This document shows positions 13,017 to 26,900 of a stretch of 64,000 nt of DNA, in pieces. This DNA comes from Schizochytrium sp. TIO01. Lineage: Eukaryota; Protista; Bigyra: Labyrinthulomycetes. The position numbers and the translations under genes are program-made. The DNA lies in NCBI GenBank assembly GCA_004764695.1, contig SMSO01000033.1, positions 310,001 through 374,000 on the forward strand. The letters run 5' to 3'. The number at the start of each line of letters is the position of its first letter. The first letter of the stretch is position 1. Under the pieces are notes generated by a model. It was given only the letters and a program-made list of their open reading frames with translations, had not been told where the DNA came from and did not search any database.

Positions 13017-14582
13017 ATGGCCCGCGACGGAACCGCTCCTGTGGATCCCGCAAAGATTGAGGCTTCTGTGCAGAAGATCATCTCAAAACTTGTTGATCCA
13101 TCGTCGGCGACACTTAAGTCTCTTCGAAAAGCTGTCGCCAAGGATCTAGCGATTGACCCAACGGAACTCAAGAATTTCAAGGGTTTTAAAGGTATTGTGA
13201 TCTCCGCGCTCTCGCCAGCCAGCAGTAAGAAACCTCAAGTCAAGTCAGAGCCTGCAAGTTCTAAGCCAGCAACGGCTGAAGATGGAAGCGATGAAGAGGA
13301 GGAGGCAGCGCCCCCCACGAAGAAAGTTGAGTCTGCTCGTTCTTCGAGCAGAGGAAAGCTTTTGAAAAAGAAGGCTTCGAGCAAGAGTGAATCAGAAAAT
13401 GATAGCAACGGTGAGAGTGAAAAAAGTGATGACGAAGAAGAGGAAAGGCCAAAGACCTTGAAGAAGAAACCCGCCACCAAAAGTAAGGCTGCAAAGTCCA
13501 AGCCAACACAGCCTAGGAAGAAAGCCCCTGCTAAGTCGAAACGTTTGAAGAAGGCTGCGAGCGAGAGCGAATCAGAAGATGCGAATGATGATGATGAGGA
13601 CGAGGACAACGAGAATGAGAAGAGCGATGATAGCGAAGACGAGGATGACGATGTTGGTGCTCCCGCTAAGTCGCGTCAACCAAAGAAGAAAAAAGCATCT
13701 GTTAGTGGGGCCTCATCGTCTTCTAAAGGTGCGAAGGAGTGGTCTGCTTCGATGCAGATGATGCAAAAGTTTGTGCGGGCGGCAGGACTTGCGCCAGCAA
13801 TCTACCGTGGGCTGCCCGATGATGAAGATGAGCGGATGTCTGAGTTGAAAACTCGTGCAGCTGAAAAAGGGTTTCGTTTTTCTGGGAAGGTCCCATCAAC
13901 TAGAGATATTAGCTCGGCAAAGAGTAAGGTCGATCGTAAGCGCGACCTTGAGGATATCGACTCTTCCAATATTATCACTGAAACTAGGTCTCGTCGTAGT
14001 ACTCGTGCGCCTCGGGTGTCATATGCAGAACCTGATGATAGCGAAAATGAGGAAGGTGATGATGATCTTGATGGCGATCACCTTGGGGGAGATGAAGACG
14101 ATGAGGACATGGATAAGGAGATAGACAAGCAAAAGTCGTCCAGATCGAAGAAGAAGAAAAATGAAGATAGCGATCAGGAAGAGGAAGATGATGAAGCCTT
14201 TGAAGCAGCAGAAGGCTCCGAAGACGAAGATGTGGAGGATGCACCAAAGCCTGCTCCAAAAAGAAAAGCAAGCACTACGAAGAAGGCGGCCTCGAAGAAA
14301 ACAAGCGATGACGAAGATGACGAAGATGATGACCAGTATCAAGAGGAAGAGGAAGCTGATGATGATGAAGATGAGGAAGAACAAGAACAAGAGGAGTCCG
14401 CTGACGAGAGCGTGGGCAAAAGGAAACGATCTTCTTCGGCCAAGGCAAAAGGAGCAGCAAAGAAGGCAAAGGGCCAGAAGAAGGCTTTACGGAAATCAAA
14501 GAAGAGCAATGATAGTAGCAGTGAGGAAGAGGCCGACTTCAAGTCTGATGACAGCGAAGAAGAATTTGAAATGTCCGATTAA
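13017..14582 (+). CDS. HIRIP3-like histone chaperone (N-terminal DEK-C-like domain, CHZ-like motif, acidic/basic tracts)
   Basis: N-terminal helical segment IEASVQKII...TLKSLRKAVAKDL resembles DEK-C. KRDLEDIDSSNIITETRSRRSTR resembles the CHZ motif. Long D/E and K tracts. First ATG at 13017. Confidence 0.7.
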   Translation: MARDGTAPVDPAKIEASVQKIISKLVDPSSATLKSLRKAVAKDLAIDPTELKNFKGFKGIVISALSPASSKKPQVKSEPASSKPATAEDGSDEEEEAAPPTKKVESARSSSRGKLLKKKASSKSESENDSNGESEKSDDEEEERPKTLKKKPATKSKAAKSKPTQPRKKAPAKSKRLKKAASESESEDANDDDEDEDNENEKSDDSEDEDDDVGAPAKSRQPKKKKASVSGASSSSKGAKEWSASMQMMQKFVRAAGLAPAIYRGLPDDEDERMSELKTRAAEKGFRFSGKVPSTRDISSAKSKVDRKRDLEDIDSSNIITETRSRRSTRAPRVSYAEPDDSENEEGDDDLDGDHLGGDEDDEDMDKEIDKQKSSRSKKKKNEDSDQEEEDDEAFEAAEGSEDEDVEDAPKPAPKRKASTTKKAASKKTSDDEDDEDDDQYQEEEEADDDEDEEEQEQEESADESVGKRKRSSSAKAKGAAKKAKGQKKALRKSKKSNDSSSEEEADFKSDDSEEEFEMSD

Positions 14583-15784
14583 AATTCTATTGAGAGTAGT
14601 AACCATAAATAATGTGCCAAAACCTAATGTGCTGTATGCAGCTTTTGGGGTTACAGAATGATCTATATTAAACACTTTCATCGTAGTTAGTGAGCTCGGG
14701 GATGTTAAACTTGGTTGCTCAGTTCTGTCTTTAGTGAGGCCATAAAACTGAATTGATTTCATATATATATTACATTTTCTACATGATTCACATAGGTGTT
14801 GAGGGTTTCGAGATGCCTCAGTTGGTATTTATTTGGCTTCTTCATAAAGCTGTAATATAATTTTTAATACTCGAAAAAATATCATGGTATGGGGGGTAAA
14901 TGCCAGCCCTGCAATCACATTCCAATCTAATAAGGTAATCTAAAAGCTTTGAGAACCAGGCAATAGAACTATTTTTACTTCTAAACCTCAACTTTCTTCC
15001 TTCTCTCTCGATGCTATCCTTGCATCTTTTCTGTTCTCTTTCTTTCTTTCTTTCTTTATTTTCTTTCTTTCAATTTTTATCATTATTCTTTTTTAAAATG
15101 AATAGTACTCCCTCCCCCTTGGGTGACTAAAAGTAATGCGCTTCACTACACTACCATTTGCAACCCTGCATGTCGCACATTTATAATACACCTGATGACA
15201 TCCACCCCAAAAGGATATGACTGACACGCACACGATCGGCAGGCAGGCATCTAAGTGCAGATTTGGTGGACCTTGATTACTCAAAATTTGGAAAAAGAGA
15301 AAAAAGAATAAAAAGAATAAAAAGGTAATTAAAAAGGGTACTACAATAGCTGTTCTTTTGGCCATTTGAAGATCTCCAAACCTCTGACACGGCGCGATGA
15401 GAGAAAGCCACAGCACTTCGTAGAGGAGGTCTTCAAAACGCCAGCCACTGCAAGCTCTCGCAGCCACCAATGGCGTCTCCACAGCCTGGGCCCTCCACCA
15501 CCGTGTTCTCACACCGTTGTACCAGGTCTATAGCGTGAGTGCACGATGAGTGAAGAGTGACTCTCCAAGGCCGCCATGGGGAAGGGGGAAAGTGTCCTTG
15601 AAGTGCGTCAGGAAACCATGGGCACCAGGCACCGTTGGGACTGTTCGCACTCGGCACGTCATTTTGGCAATCGCCAAGCACGGACACGGAGGCTTTGCGC
15701 GCTCGCTACTGAACTGTGAAATGGTTTTCTGCGTGCACGGCACCGCCCACCACCCACCCGTTCGTCGCCATTTGGCGGAGGCTT

Positions 15785-15865
<81 letters not shown>
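15785..15865. repeat. (GCTT)n microsatellite, ~20 units
   Basis: Directly visible. Confidence 0.97.
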
Positions 15866-17100
15866 CTACCGTGCAGGGTCCTCTCAGCTCGCTCCCCGAT
15901 TATGCGCTGCGTGCAATGCGATGCAAGCATCGCCGGTCGCCAGGCACGAGCGAGTTCGCAGCCTGCTCGGAGAACATCGCACGGGTTGCCAGCCAAGTCC
16001 CAAGTTCGCACAAGCGTCGCGATGATGCTGCAGTTCCTGCTCGCTCTGGCCCATCCATGAGCGAGCTGTCGAATGGAATGGGATCGAATGGGATCGAATT
16101 GATTCCGCAAAGCAGGCCGCTGGCCAGCACAGATACATACATCCACTGCGACTCAAGCGTGGCTTGGAGAGCAAGCTCGCAAGCAAGCTCGAGAGCGATC
16201 TCGAGGGGGGGCGATGCTCTCGCCAGGCCTCGCTCGATCGAGAGCGATTGGCCTCGCGGGATTCTATTCAGAGCTCCTCCAGGTATCTATCTCTATCTAG
16301 ACATCTAGACATCCGTCTCCACGCTGTCGCCAGCCACTGCCAGCGCCGTGTCCGCAACGGGAGCGGATGACTGCATGCAAGCGAGCTACTGAGTTGCGCT
16401 CACCACCTCATCACAGATTTGAGGCTCCATGTCCGCTCTCAAGTTTCAACTCCCGAGTGCTCCAAGGATCAGTGCTGATCTTGCGAAGATCGTCAGCAAC
16501 AAGCAAGCTAAGTAAGTGGGTGCCTGCGTACCATGCATCCCAGGGAGCTCTCGCAAAAGGTCAGAATGCGCGGCGATGCCAATCTCAAAGAAAGCAAACG
16601 CGGCTCGATCTGTTTGCTTGTTTGTTTGTCTACCCAGATCCAGAAAATAAAAATTGCATTCATTCATTCATTCATTCATTCATGGATGGATGCATGCATT
16701 CATGGATGCATGCATGCATGCATCCATCCATCGAAATATCGTTCTTAACAAGAGCTCAATTTCACTGTCATGATGAACACGAATGCTGCTGCACTTTCCA
16801 AATACTCCTACTTGTGTCCACGACGTGGGGAAATGAGTGAGCAACCATGTATGAAAGGGTTTGGTGTTCCTGGAGCGGCGTTTTGTACTCGAAGGCACTG
16901 TGCGGGTCGGCATTGTGCAGTGTGTGGCTATAAAACACAATTGCGGAATCCATCCGTGGCTGTGCTCAGATGGCAAGCGAAGCAGAGTCCTTTCATTCTG
17001 AGATAAGCTGATTCAAGTATTTGCTTATTCTTTCTTTCTTTATAAGTTCTTTCTTTATTTTCATTTCAGTCTCAGGCTATCTATTTATCTTTTTTATTAT

Positions 17101-17150
17101 AAAATTAAAATTAAAATTAAAATTAAAATTAAAATTAAAATTAAAATTAA
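17101..17150. repeat. (AAAATT)n hexanucleotide repeat
   Basis: Directly visible. Confidence 0.95.
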
Positions 17151-20096
17151 GTGTTTATTAATAAACAAGTAATCAGCCGGTGCAGGCACACTTGTGTCCT
17201 GATTGGTTGTTCAGAGCTCTTCCCCTAACTAGTTTGTTTTCCTTTGTTTCCCCCTCTTCCTTCGCCAGAGACAGCTCCAAGGCTGTAAAGCCGTCTGAGG
17301 CTGGCGACGCTCGGGAGGAAAACTACCTCAGGTCATAAAGGTGTCGATGTGGAGCTGCTCAGGCCAAGTCGAGCCTACAATGAAGTCTCGAACCAGCGAG
17401 GAATGAGACGCATTCCAAGTTAATCTTGACGATTCAAGGGACAAACGATCTCTTCTTTTTTTTTCTCTTTTCTGTTTGCACTGTTTAGGTAGCTTACTTA
17501 CCTCCCTGTTTCTCTCAAAGTGCGCTACTTTAAATAAAATAATCGTTTACATGCTGCCTCAGTTCTTATCATTTCAAAGCCCAAGTTCTTTTTATTTATA
17601 TATTATCCACTTTTTACTTTTTTGCTTTTTTTAAACATTGTTTTTTAACAAATTAATGAAAATGAATACATGAAAATATACTACGTAGGCACTTCCTATA
17701 TTCGAGTTTCTCCATCCTAGATGAACAGTTATGAATTGTGCTCTTCTGCCATCATGGTTCATGGCCACAAAACTAGGGTAGGTCAAGACAGCTCGGCAAT
17801 TAATTGTGTCAAAGTTTTGATGTATGCCTACTCGCTCATTGACCCAGCCACGTTTCCTCTGCCACAGGTTTCTTTTTGGTACGGTTCATTTGCATAAAGA
17901 GCACGCTTGTCCAGAACCTGAAAAGGCGCTCTCGTTCTGCATTTAAAGGCAGGTCTCCAAAGCAATATGATGAATGCAGCGAGAGAGTTCGCTTCTCGTG
18001 TTTCTTGGTACCTGAGGTTTTGGACTATAGCCACCTCACATGGTTGCAAACTTGCTCAGGTAAAGAAATACCTGTTTCTAAATTGCCTGAACATCACGAT
18101 TCGGAAACAAACTCGCTCCTTCTCCTGAACGATGGGATCTAAGCTTCTCCTCCAATCACAAGTAGATATACCGTGACTCGAAATTATGAATGTGGCAGTG
18201 TTAAATTATGAAGTTTGCTTGTGCTTCGAAGCTATTTTCGGTCATCAGTAGAATTTAGATAGGTACCTATCCACCTGTGTGATGAAAAGTAAGAGAACAA
18301 CTTGAAAGCGAAATGACTTGTCGGTCAGTACTAGGTACACGTAATTTTTATTTTATTTTAACTATTTGTATTCTTATTATTTAAAATTGACTTAGTTGTA
18401 GGCCTGGGCTGAATTCCATGTCTTTGCTTGATTTACAATTTGCAATTTTTGGTACGATATTTTTTTATTTGTTTTAAAGTTTTGGAAAACAATACACATA
18501 TAATTCAAGTTCTCCCTCTTTTAAAATTAAAAAGGTTTTTTATTAAAAAAAAAAAAAAAAAACTCAAACTAACTTGATAACAATAACAGTAATAAAGTAA
18601 AATTTCACTTGACCTGGCTACCCGGATACCCAAAGAGAAAAAGCGATTCCAGATTCTATTGTTAGCTATCTTTTACTTCTTGATTGAGGAAAAATAAAAG
18701 CTTCAAGTCAGAAACTTTTGCCTCCAACGAAAATACTGACGGGCCTGCAAATCCGTGCCTTCTTAAGGTCAAAAACACTGTTTTGAGGGCGACAGCTCAA
18801 GCTATGAAGGTGCTGAGTTTCTTCGCTCGTACCCTCGTTCTTCTTCTCACAGCAACCACAGTTTTCAGTACGGCACCTCTTATCTACTCTTGCGCTTGCT
18901 ACAGTACTTGCCTGCCTTTCTACCTTTCCACCTACTTACCAGAACCAAGTCTTGAGGGTTTCTTTCGTAAGCACTCGTTCTCATTTATTAAAAAATTAAA
19001 ATTAAAAATTAAGAATTAAAAACTAGTGAATCGAATAGGCCCACGCGTTGCCGAAAACCACGGCTTTAAGCACAGTCGGTACCCATTTACTATTTATTCT
19101 TCGCTTCAAGACTGACGCGAGTTTTATTCATTTTGGCTAAAGTCAGCAAAGTATTCGCCCATCCCGCTGCGTGTGAATGAGTCGACGACTGAAGAGATAG
19201 CTGGCCCATGATCCCCGGCAAAAGTTCGAGGCCTTCTTTATAAACCTGGAGCGCAGAAGTAACAAGCTCATTTGAGTTTATTTGATACAGCCTTTTCATT
19301 TAGTTGAATCCATGAATGAATTATCGATCACGGCTAAAATTAATGAAAGTCGTGTCGAATTCGCAGAACTCGGACTCGTCAGCAACCTTAGGATATACGG
19401 AACTTGCTTGCAACTACTCGGCCCGAGAGCTCCGCCAAAACTACGTGAACTCGGATGCCTCGGACCACATCTCTAGAGCAGCTCCAGCATTGTGCGTGTG
19501 TGCGTGCACCCTTGAGACTCTTCAGAGCCACCCATCAGCAAGTGCACCCGGAGACACTCGCTCGCCGTCTCTTCGCCAAAACGAAGATGGCGCTCTCGAA
19601 GTTCTTCGAGTTCAACTCGCGCGAGCCGCAGTCCAAAAGAGGTGCAGTCTGTTTGTCTAGGCGGTGCCTGCGAAGAGCTTCGAAGGTGGTGTCGGCACTG
19701 GCCGGCGGCGAGGGATTTCAAAAGCAGCGTTTTGGCCTTGGCTTGTTTAGATTGCCAAACGACCTTGGTTCTCGAACCGACGAAAACACCGTCTCTGCTT
19801 TCAAGAAACAAATCGTTCATTCTTTTGCTCTCTCTATTCATATTCGGCGCTAACTGCTACTTCCTCTTCTTTACAATCCTCAGCAGTGTTTCATTCATGT
19901 CATATGCTACCACTACAGCATTTTTTAAATTAATAATACCATCTTTTTAAGCAGTAAGAGGCTCATTCAACGAAAAACAGTTTTCCTCATAATCGAATTT
20001 TAACTAAAAAGTCACAAAGCGTGTTGCTTTTATGACATTTATGATGATCATGATCAAGTGTAGCATCCATTCATCACCCTGATACGCTTGTATTTG

Positions 20097-20127
<31 letters not shown>

Positions 20128-20277
20128 GTAAAAGTAAGCAGAAAGAAGGGCGTTCTTGGAATCTTGGGAGATGACGAAAAACTAAACATCATCTCGGAAA
20201 TGGAACCTCGCAGAGATAGGTAGTTCTTAGGTCAAGACCGAGTCACAAAGTGCCTTTCTGGAGACGAGTGGTGGTGG

Positions 20278-20317
20278 CGCCGGTGCCGGTGCCGGTGCCG
20301 GTGCCGGTGCCGGTGCC
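20278..20317. repeat. (GCCGGT)n hexanucleotide repeat
   Basis: Directly visible. Confidence 0.9.
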
Positions 20318-20910
20318 GACGCCGATGCTGCTACAAAACTAGCTGCCAAGCTGCCTGCGAAACGGGCGTGGCCCCATTTGTTGGAGGCTCCACAGTCTGC
20401 CTGGGTAAGCATAACCGCCACGGCCTGCTTGCCGCCCTTGGAGAGCGCCGGGCGCCACTGTATGTCGTCCTGGAGGAGGCCCTGCTCATGAATGCATTGA
20501 CATTTATTGGTCTGTCGGGCTGCCGATGAATCTCTAGTGAGCGAGTCGGAACCCTGATCAAGCCTGCGGATGCCGGGTGCCGCTGATACGATTGGTGAAA
20601 TCAAGAAGCGTCTTCAAGACCTCCTTCGATGGAACGAGGTACAGCTCCAATACGGTTTGCTTTGTTCTGGTTCATGGCCATGGCCTCGATCGATAATGCT
20701 GATGATCGATTCGTTGACGAGGCCATTTGCAAAGACCTTGAAAAATCGATCGCTCCCTAGCTGGCCACCTTTCAGGCGTGCGCCTGCCTGCCTACCTGCC
20801 TGCCTGCCTGCCTGCCCCATCGCATCTGTGGCGGCCCACGGGACCGCAGAAGTTCTTGCCATCGATGTTGGCACTGCCCGCTTCCCTCTTTCGAAAGCCT
20901 AGTCCAGGCA

Positions 20911-21085
20911 GAATTGTAATTGAAATTGAAATTGAGATTGGAATTCAAATTCAAATTCATATTCGTATTCGAATTTTAGTTCAAGTTCAAATTCAAATTC
21001 AAATTCAAATTCATATACATGTTTTATTTAAATTCAAAACTCAAAACCCAAATGCAAATGCAAATTCAGACTCAAACTCAAATTT
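20911..21085. repeat. Degenerate (AAATTC/AAATTG)n hexamer array
   Basis: Decaying 6-bp periodicity is visible. Confidence 0.85.
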
Positions 21086-23881
21086 ATGTGGCTTTGCTTT
21101 GGCATTTCTATTCCTTGCACGGCTCCTAGCTTGCGGTGTCTGCCAGACGAGAGGTCGGGGAGTCTGGGACGGCGCGAGGGTGGGATCGCCAGATTCTCCT
21201 CCTCCTCATTCATTCATTCATTCATTCATTCACGCATGTATGCATGCATGCATGCATCTTGCTCAGATATATACGCTGCTGCGCCATTCGCACAGGTGGA
21301 CTTGAACTTTGCTGCTTTTTGTCTTCAAGACTTGATTTGCAATGCTGCTATGCGATTGGCTGCCTGCCGGACTACCAAACCTTGCTGGAAGCGGTGGCGG
21401 TACTGTGCACGGCACAGCGAGCGTGCGCGAAACGAGGATCCCTCTTGGCAGAAGAAGCTCTTCCACTTGAGCACCGCAACTTGACGACGACGACGACAAG
21501 AACAGAGCAGAGCAGAGCAGAGCAGAACAGAGCAGACCGGCCGAACTACTCCAAGTTCCGCTACCCAACTTGCCAGCTGGCTAGCCACCACCAGGTGGGG
21601 TCCTCCCGTGGATGTGGAGCACAAGGTAGATGGATTTCACCGATACATTTATTGATTGATTCATTAATTCATTCACTCAAGAACTAGCTAGGGAGTACGA
21701 CAGAGTTATTTTCTGTTCCATCCATACGATAACACAACCTTGTTTTCCACGCTCAGGGAATCTGGAGCTGAGATTCGTCTCAAACGTAGTTCTAGATCGA
21801 CACTTCGCCATCGTCACAAGCTAGTTGCAAGCGTGCGCATGAACTGTATTTGTTTGCTCTCATCGTGAATGCCTTTGCTCGCTTACTTGCTCGCTCGCAG
21901 TTGTTGGCTGGTGGCACGGGTGCTTTACAGATCATCGCGACCAAAGTCCTGAGGCGTCTCTATTTGCTTCCAGAGGTTGTATCATAGTGTGGAAAAAACA
22001 AACAAAATTGTACAAATGTTTTACAATTTATTTGCAAATTGTGCATGGAATCTACAACTTCGACGACCTAGTTGATGGATCGAGGCCTGAATTGCCTATG
22101 AGACAACCGGCGAGAACGGTGGTGCGGCAGTTCGACAGTTCGGAGTTCCTTTCCAAGTCCTTCCCGATCTCCCAAAACATGCACAGAACGTAGTCATCAA
22201 TTGACATCTAACTTTACAATGACTTGAACCAACACGTGAGGTTCTTTCACATGATGCGAATGTCAATGCAATTTGAACTTCTGTTGTCTAGGGTGATATT
22301 GGCTTGTTCTTCAACAAGGAGAGGTTCTTGTCATTGGTGATACCTCGGGCAGGATATGTAAGCGTGAGCATATATCATGTTAATTGCAAACATTCGGCGA
22401 CCACGATGGCTCTGAGTCTGACGTCGACGAAGCGTGCTTATCAAAGCTCGCGCCGACTTTCGTCAGGTCCTTCAAAGAGACGCTCCTCGACAGACCATGT
22501 CTCCTATAGAGAATGAAGAAAGAAAGAAAGAAAGAAAGAAATAGAGGAAAGAAAGACCTTTTCGCATCATAGTAATAGTGTATAGGTACCGACTAGTTAG
22601 AATCAGCCACTTCAAATATAAGGGCCGAAAAGGGAAAGAAACAAGAATATATATAGAGCCTTTCTCTTTTCTTTTTAGAGCCATTTTTTTGTTTTAATTA
22701 AAAGGTACCTGTGTAACTTTTAGTGTGACTTGGAATAATTGTTGTGATGATGATGACGGCTCATTCCTTCTATTATTCTGGTTTGCTTAGCGACGGCCAG
22801 CTCGAGCAGCTCATTGGATGGAGCTGAGACTTCCCAGCCAGTCATGAGTCAGCGCTGTCTAGCGAGAGCAGGTCATCTGAGGCAGAAAGATCGATCTACA
22901 ATTTGATTCTTCATATGAACAACTTCGCCTCTCTTTCTTGATTTTCTTCAGCACATGCTAAAGAGGCAGTCCTCAAACCCCTACTTTCTTCTTTTATTAA
23001 TGACTTTTTTTTTTTTTTTTTTACAACTTTATTTTCAAGTTGTAGTTATTTATTTTATACTTTTTTTTTCTTTTTTTCAAACGTTTTCTTATGCATCTAT
23101 CCTATGAAATGGAAAGTGCTCTTTCTAGTAACTTTACTACGTCATCAAGGGAAGCCTTAGGGTAAATATTGCATTAAACTGTTACCAAGTAGATCTTTCT
23201 CTCCTTCTCCCTTCTTCTTCCTCTTTTCAGAAGCATTTTTTACTGCGCTTTTCATAAAAGAAATTAACCCACGTGAACTTTTCGTTGGTCTTGAAAAAAA
23301 CGCAGATTCGATGATCGGCCAGACGGTGTAGGAGCCTTTTTGACGATGGATCTGTACAGTCCACCAATTCCCATGCCGTTCAGGAGTATACTTGGTATCA
23401 AGTGCTTTTTTGCGGGACCTCCCCTCATCCAGTCCTTTGTTTCGCTTTTCTCAGACAGATATCACCTTTCATTGATTTAGTGCTTCCTTGTATCACAGCA
23501 CTAAAACAAATGCTTGTATTTCATTCATCTCTTGAGAGGAATGGAAAGAAAGAAAGAAATAAAGAAAAAGAAAACATTTCGTGGGAACAAACAACAATTG
23601 TAGAAGGGGCGAAAAGGATCTTTGGCGAACTCAAGGAATGGAAACAAGCTTGAAAGGGCACCTTCCAACCCTCCTTTTGCTACCGCAAGTAATCCCTCAC
23701 AATTTATCAACCTTTCAATGAAACAAGCAACTTGAAGGCTCCTTTTTTCATTACCGACTACAAATTACCTTTACCATACAAAGGCGCAGTGCTTTTGTTA
23801 TTTTTCTACTTCTATTTTAATTTTGAATTAACAATTTAATTCAAAATGCTTTTTCATCACCAAATTTCTCGTCGCAAACAT

Positions 23882-23928
<47 letters not shown>

Positions 23929-23929
23929 A
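23882..23929. repeat. (AAAG)n microsatellite
   Basis: Directly visible. Similar tracts at ~27948-28002 and (CTTT)n at ~39697-39736. Confidence 0.95.
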
Positions 23930-26900
23930 AAAACAATTAAAAAAAGAGAAGAGACCAACAACGCCACGAAGACCTCCTTCGCCGCAGCCACCCGATTGCT
24001 GCCCCACCTTCCGCCAGCGTCCAGGACAGGTCGCGCGCCGCTCTTGGCCGGAGGCTGCCTTCCTGGGCCAGCTCCACCCTCAAAGGAGCTCCCGCTGGCC
24101 AGCGCTGGTCGTCTTCTGCCGCGCCTTCGCTGCCTTGGGCCTCAAGTTCTTCAACTTCTGCCGCCGCGCCGCCTCTTTCTCCTCCCATCCATCAGTCGGC
24201 GGCCTAGTCGCCCTCTACCTCTTTCTCTAGCACCCAGCCTCGGCGGGCCCCCATAGTCTCCATAATAGTTCCATTTCGTTTCCTCGAAGGTACACCCTGG
24301 TAGCTGGGCACTAACACACTGCTAGTGCTTTTAGAACGAACGGCATTTCTCGCAACGTCTCTCTTTCTCTCATTGGGCAGTCAGTCCTTTCATGGGGGTG
24401 CTTCCCACGCTGCCCCCTCTCTTTGCCACACGAAGGTGCGCGCGTGGGGGGTACGGTGGATGTTTGGGTTTGTTGTTGTGGAAAGGCTTTCATTTATTCA
24501 CTTTGAAAACACAACTCGAAAGTACCCACGTGCACAGGTACGTTCTAACTTGCTTGCTTACCTGAGCTGAGCTGTGCGAAAACCTCACTCGTCGACGAGG
24601 AAAGCACTGGTCTCAGTGGATCTTCGGGACGGCTTTTGGCCCAACGAGCAGCGGCTGAAGGCTCGTTTTCATCGAGGCTTGGACTTGGTCCAAGCCGAGG
24701 CGCGGATCCTGAAGAACCCACGGTGCAAAATGCGCCCTCAACAAGTCTACTTTTCAAGGCCACTCACTTCTACAGTAAGCCCTAAGCCACTGGTGCGCTG
24801 GCTCACCAGCGAGTTTTAAAACGAAGTTTTCTTAAGACCGCATTGCAGTCATTATGGCCCGTTTGAAAAACCGATGGGCGATAGAGACGGCTGAGTGACT
24901 GGTAGTGCTATGCTGAGAAGGAGTTAAACTAAGAGGTCTGGAATCTCAATCAATCGATCCATCCACAGACCGCGTATGTCTTTAGTATTGCGGAACAGGG
25001 AGGAATGCATGACTACTCTATAGCTTACATACATCCATACATGCATATATATACAGATACATAGGAACGTCAAGTACAATACTTGGAATTATTGTTCTTT
25101 TTGCTGCACACCATTCTGCTTTCACCTGCTTTCTGGCTGTGCCTGCACAGAGCGGCACGATCGATGCCCTGTGATGGATCTCTGTGGCTTCAAGTTGAGG
25201 TTTACTGCCCAGGTTTTCATCTTGAAAAGCTTTCGAGCAGGGAGTTCGAACCTACCTACAGAAGTCGAGACAGACGAAAGAAGCAGAATGGCCGTATTTT
25301 TAATATTTTATTATTTAATTTAATTAAACAAACTCTAAGAATATTACTATTCTATTTTAAATTAAAATTAAAAGTTTATGAAATATGTCGATCACCATAT
25401 ATAAATCATCACATCATTTCATTCATTTCGAAACAAACACAAATTTTTTAAATAAAATAACAATGATAATAATAACAACAACCATAAAAGTGATCGATAC
25501 CATGAAACACTTCTGCGAGTCTGTCCCGAGCGCACTTGCTCGCGCTGCCTCCACCATCCAAGCGAAGAGACCAAGCAACAGGGCCGAAGCCGGCGTGATA
25601 GAGCACTTACCGTGATGCACACGCCGCCTCCGCCCTCCCAGGCAGCCCATTCCTATGCACAAACAATCAATCAAACAAACAAACAAACAAACTTCGTTAA
25701 CTGTCTAATTATTTGCTCGCATCAATATAATAACAAGATAATTAGGAAACAGCTCTCGCGCCGTCGAGTGTTCACGTGCCACCATGTGCTAATACCGGAC
25801 GCTACCTAAGCCCGTGTTTAAAGCATGTGGAATGCGACGCGCGGGTAAGAACCGCACGCCCTTGCTCGGACTGCACCTGTGTTCAGAAGATCAGGCTCCA
25901 GGCCTCGCGCTCTTGCTCGCCGCGAGCGAGAGAGAAAGCTGTGGCGAAGAGGCAAGAGAGAAAGCCGAGCCCTGGCCTCGCTGGACCCTCCTCCGGCGTG
26001 CCTGGTCGCCCGCCTGGCCAGGTCCTTGGCGGCCTCTCTCGCCTTCTCGCTTTCTCCTCGCTATAGCTAGCTAGCTGGGCACGGACCACGCGCCACTTTC
26101 GCATTGCATTGCGTTCTTCGTTGTTTGTTTCGTTCTCTGTTGAGCAGAGTAAGACTTAGCTATCTAGTTAGTCAGTCATTTATAGAGAGAACGCGCTGTG
26201 GAACGCTGTTCTGTTCTCGCTTCAACCTTGAAAGGTCGAAGAATGGGTCCAGAAAGAACGGCAATTGCAAAGGCGCTGCCCGTTCTCCAAAATAAAGAAG
26301 AACAACCCGCCTCGCGCCTAGGAGCGGCCTACCGGGCCGCCTAGCTCACCGGCGTGCGCCGGGTTTGTTCTTTTCGAAATCGTCGAGCGAGTCAGACGTA
26401 AGTGAGGATCAATGCGTTAGCTATTGGAGAAACCATCTTCCGTATGCAGGCAGCTCAAGGAAAGGAACGAGCGAAAGCTTCGCGTTAGCTACCGGTTTTC
26501 GTTCCAAGGGGTTCTTTGGAGGTTTGTTTGATCGTTTGTTTGAGGGATTGAGGCGGCTCTTGAGGAAAGATTGGAAGCGCTCGTGGAAAGATCCGGGTCG
26601 AATGACCGTCTGAGTGAGATTCTTTGAGACTCGGATTATGGTTTCCTTTCTTTATTTCTTTATTTCTTTATTTGTTGTTTTTTGCTATTTTTTAGTTTGC
26701 TTGCTAACTTAGGTTAGTCAGGTACTTAGTTACATACTTAGCTTTGGATTTGCCCATCTCATGAGAAGCTCTCCATGTTTACTGTGAAACCTCGCTGCCG
26801 AGGAAAATGATCCTCCCACACCACGCCCCCTCAAGGACCGCATCCGAGGAAGAGAAGACTGTGCGCCTCTATTACAAGATTCTAATCAATAATGCTGGCT

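Noticed and set aside
15550-16308. 252-aa ORF containing (LLAC)n, and similar ORFs in the gene-poor core
   Set aside because: Non-ATG starts, translated microsatellites, no recognisable domain.
16655-16735. Long hairpin potential (ATGGATGGATGCATGCAT...ATGCATGCATCCATCCAT)
   Set aside because: Arises from self-complementary (CATG/GATG/CATC) microsatellites; not evidence of a miRNA.
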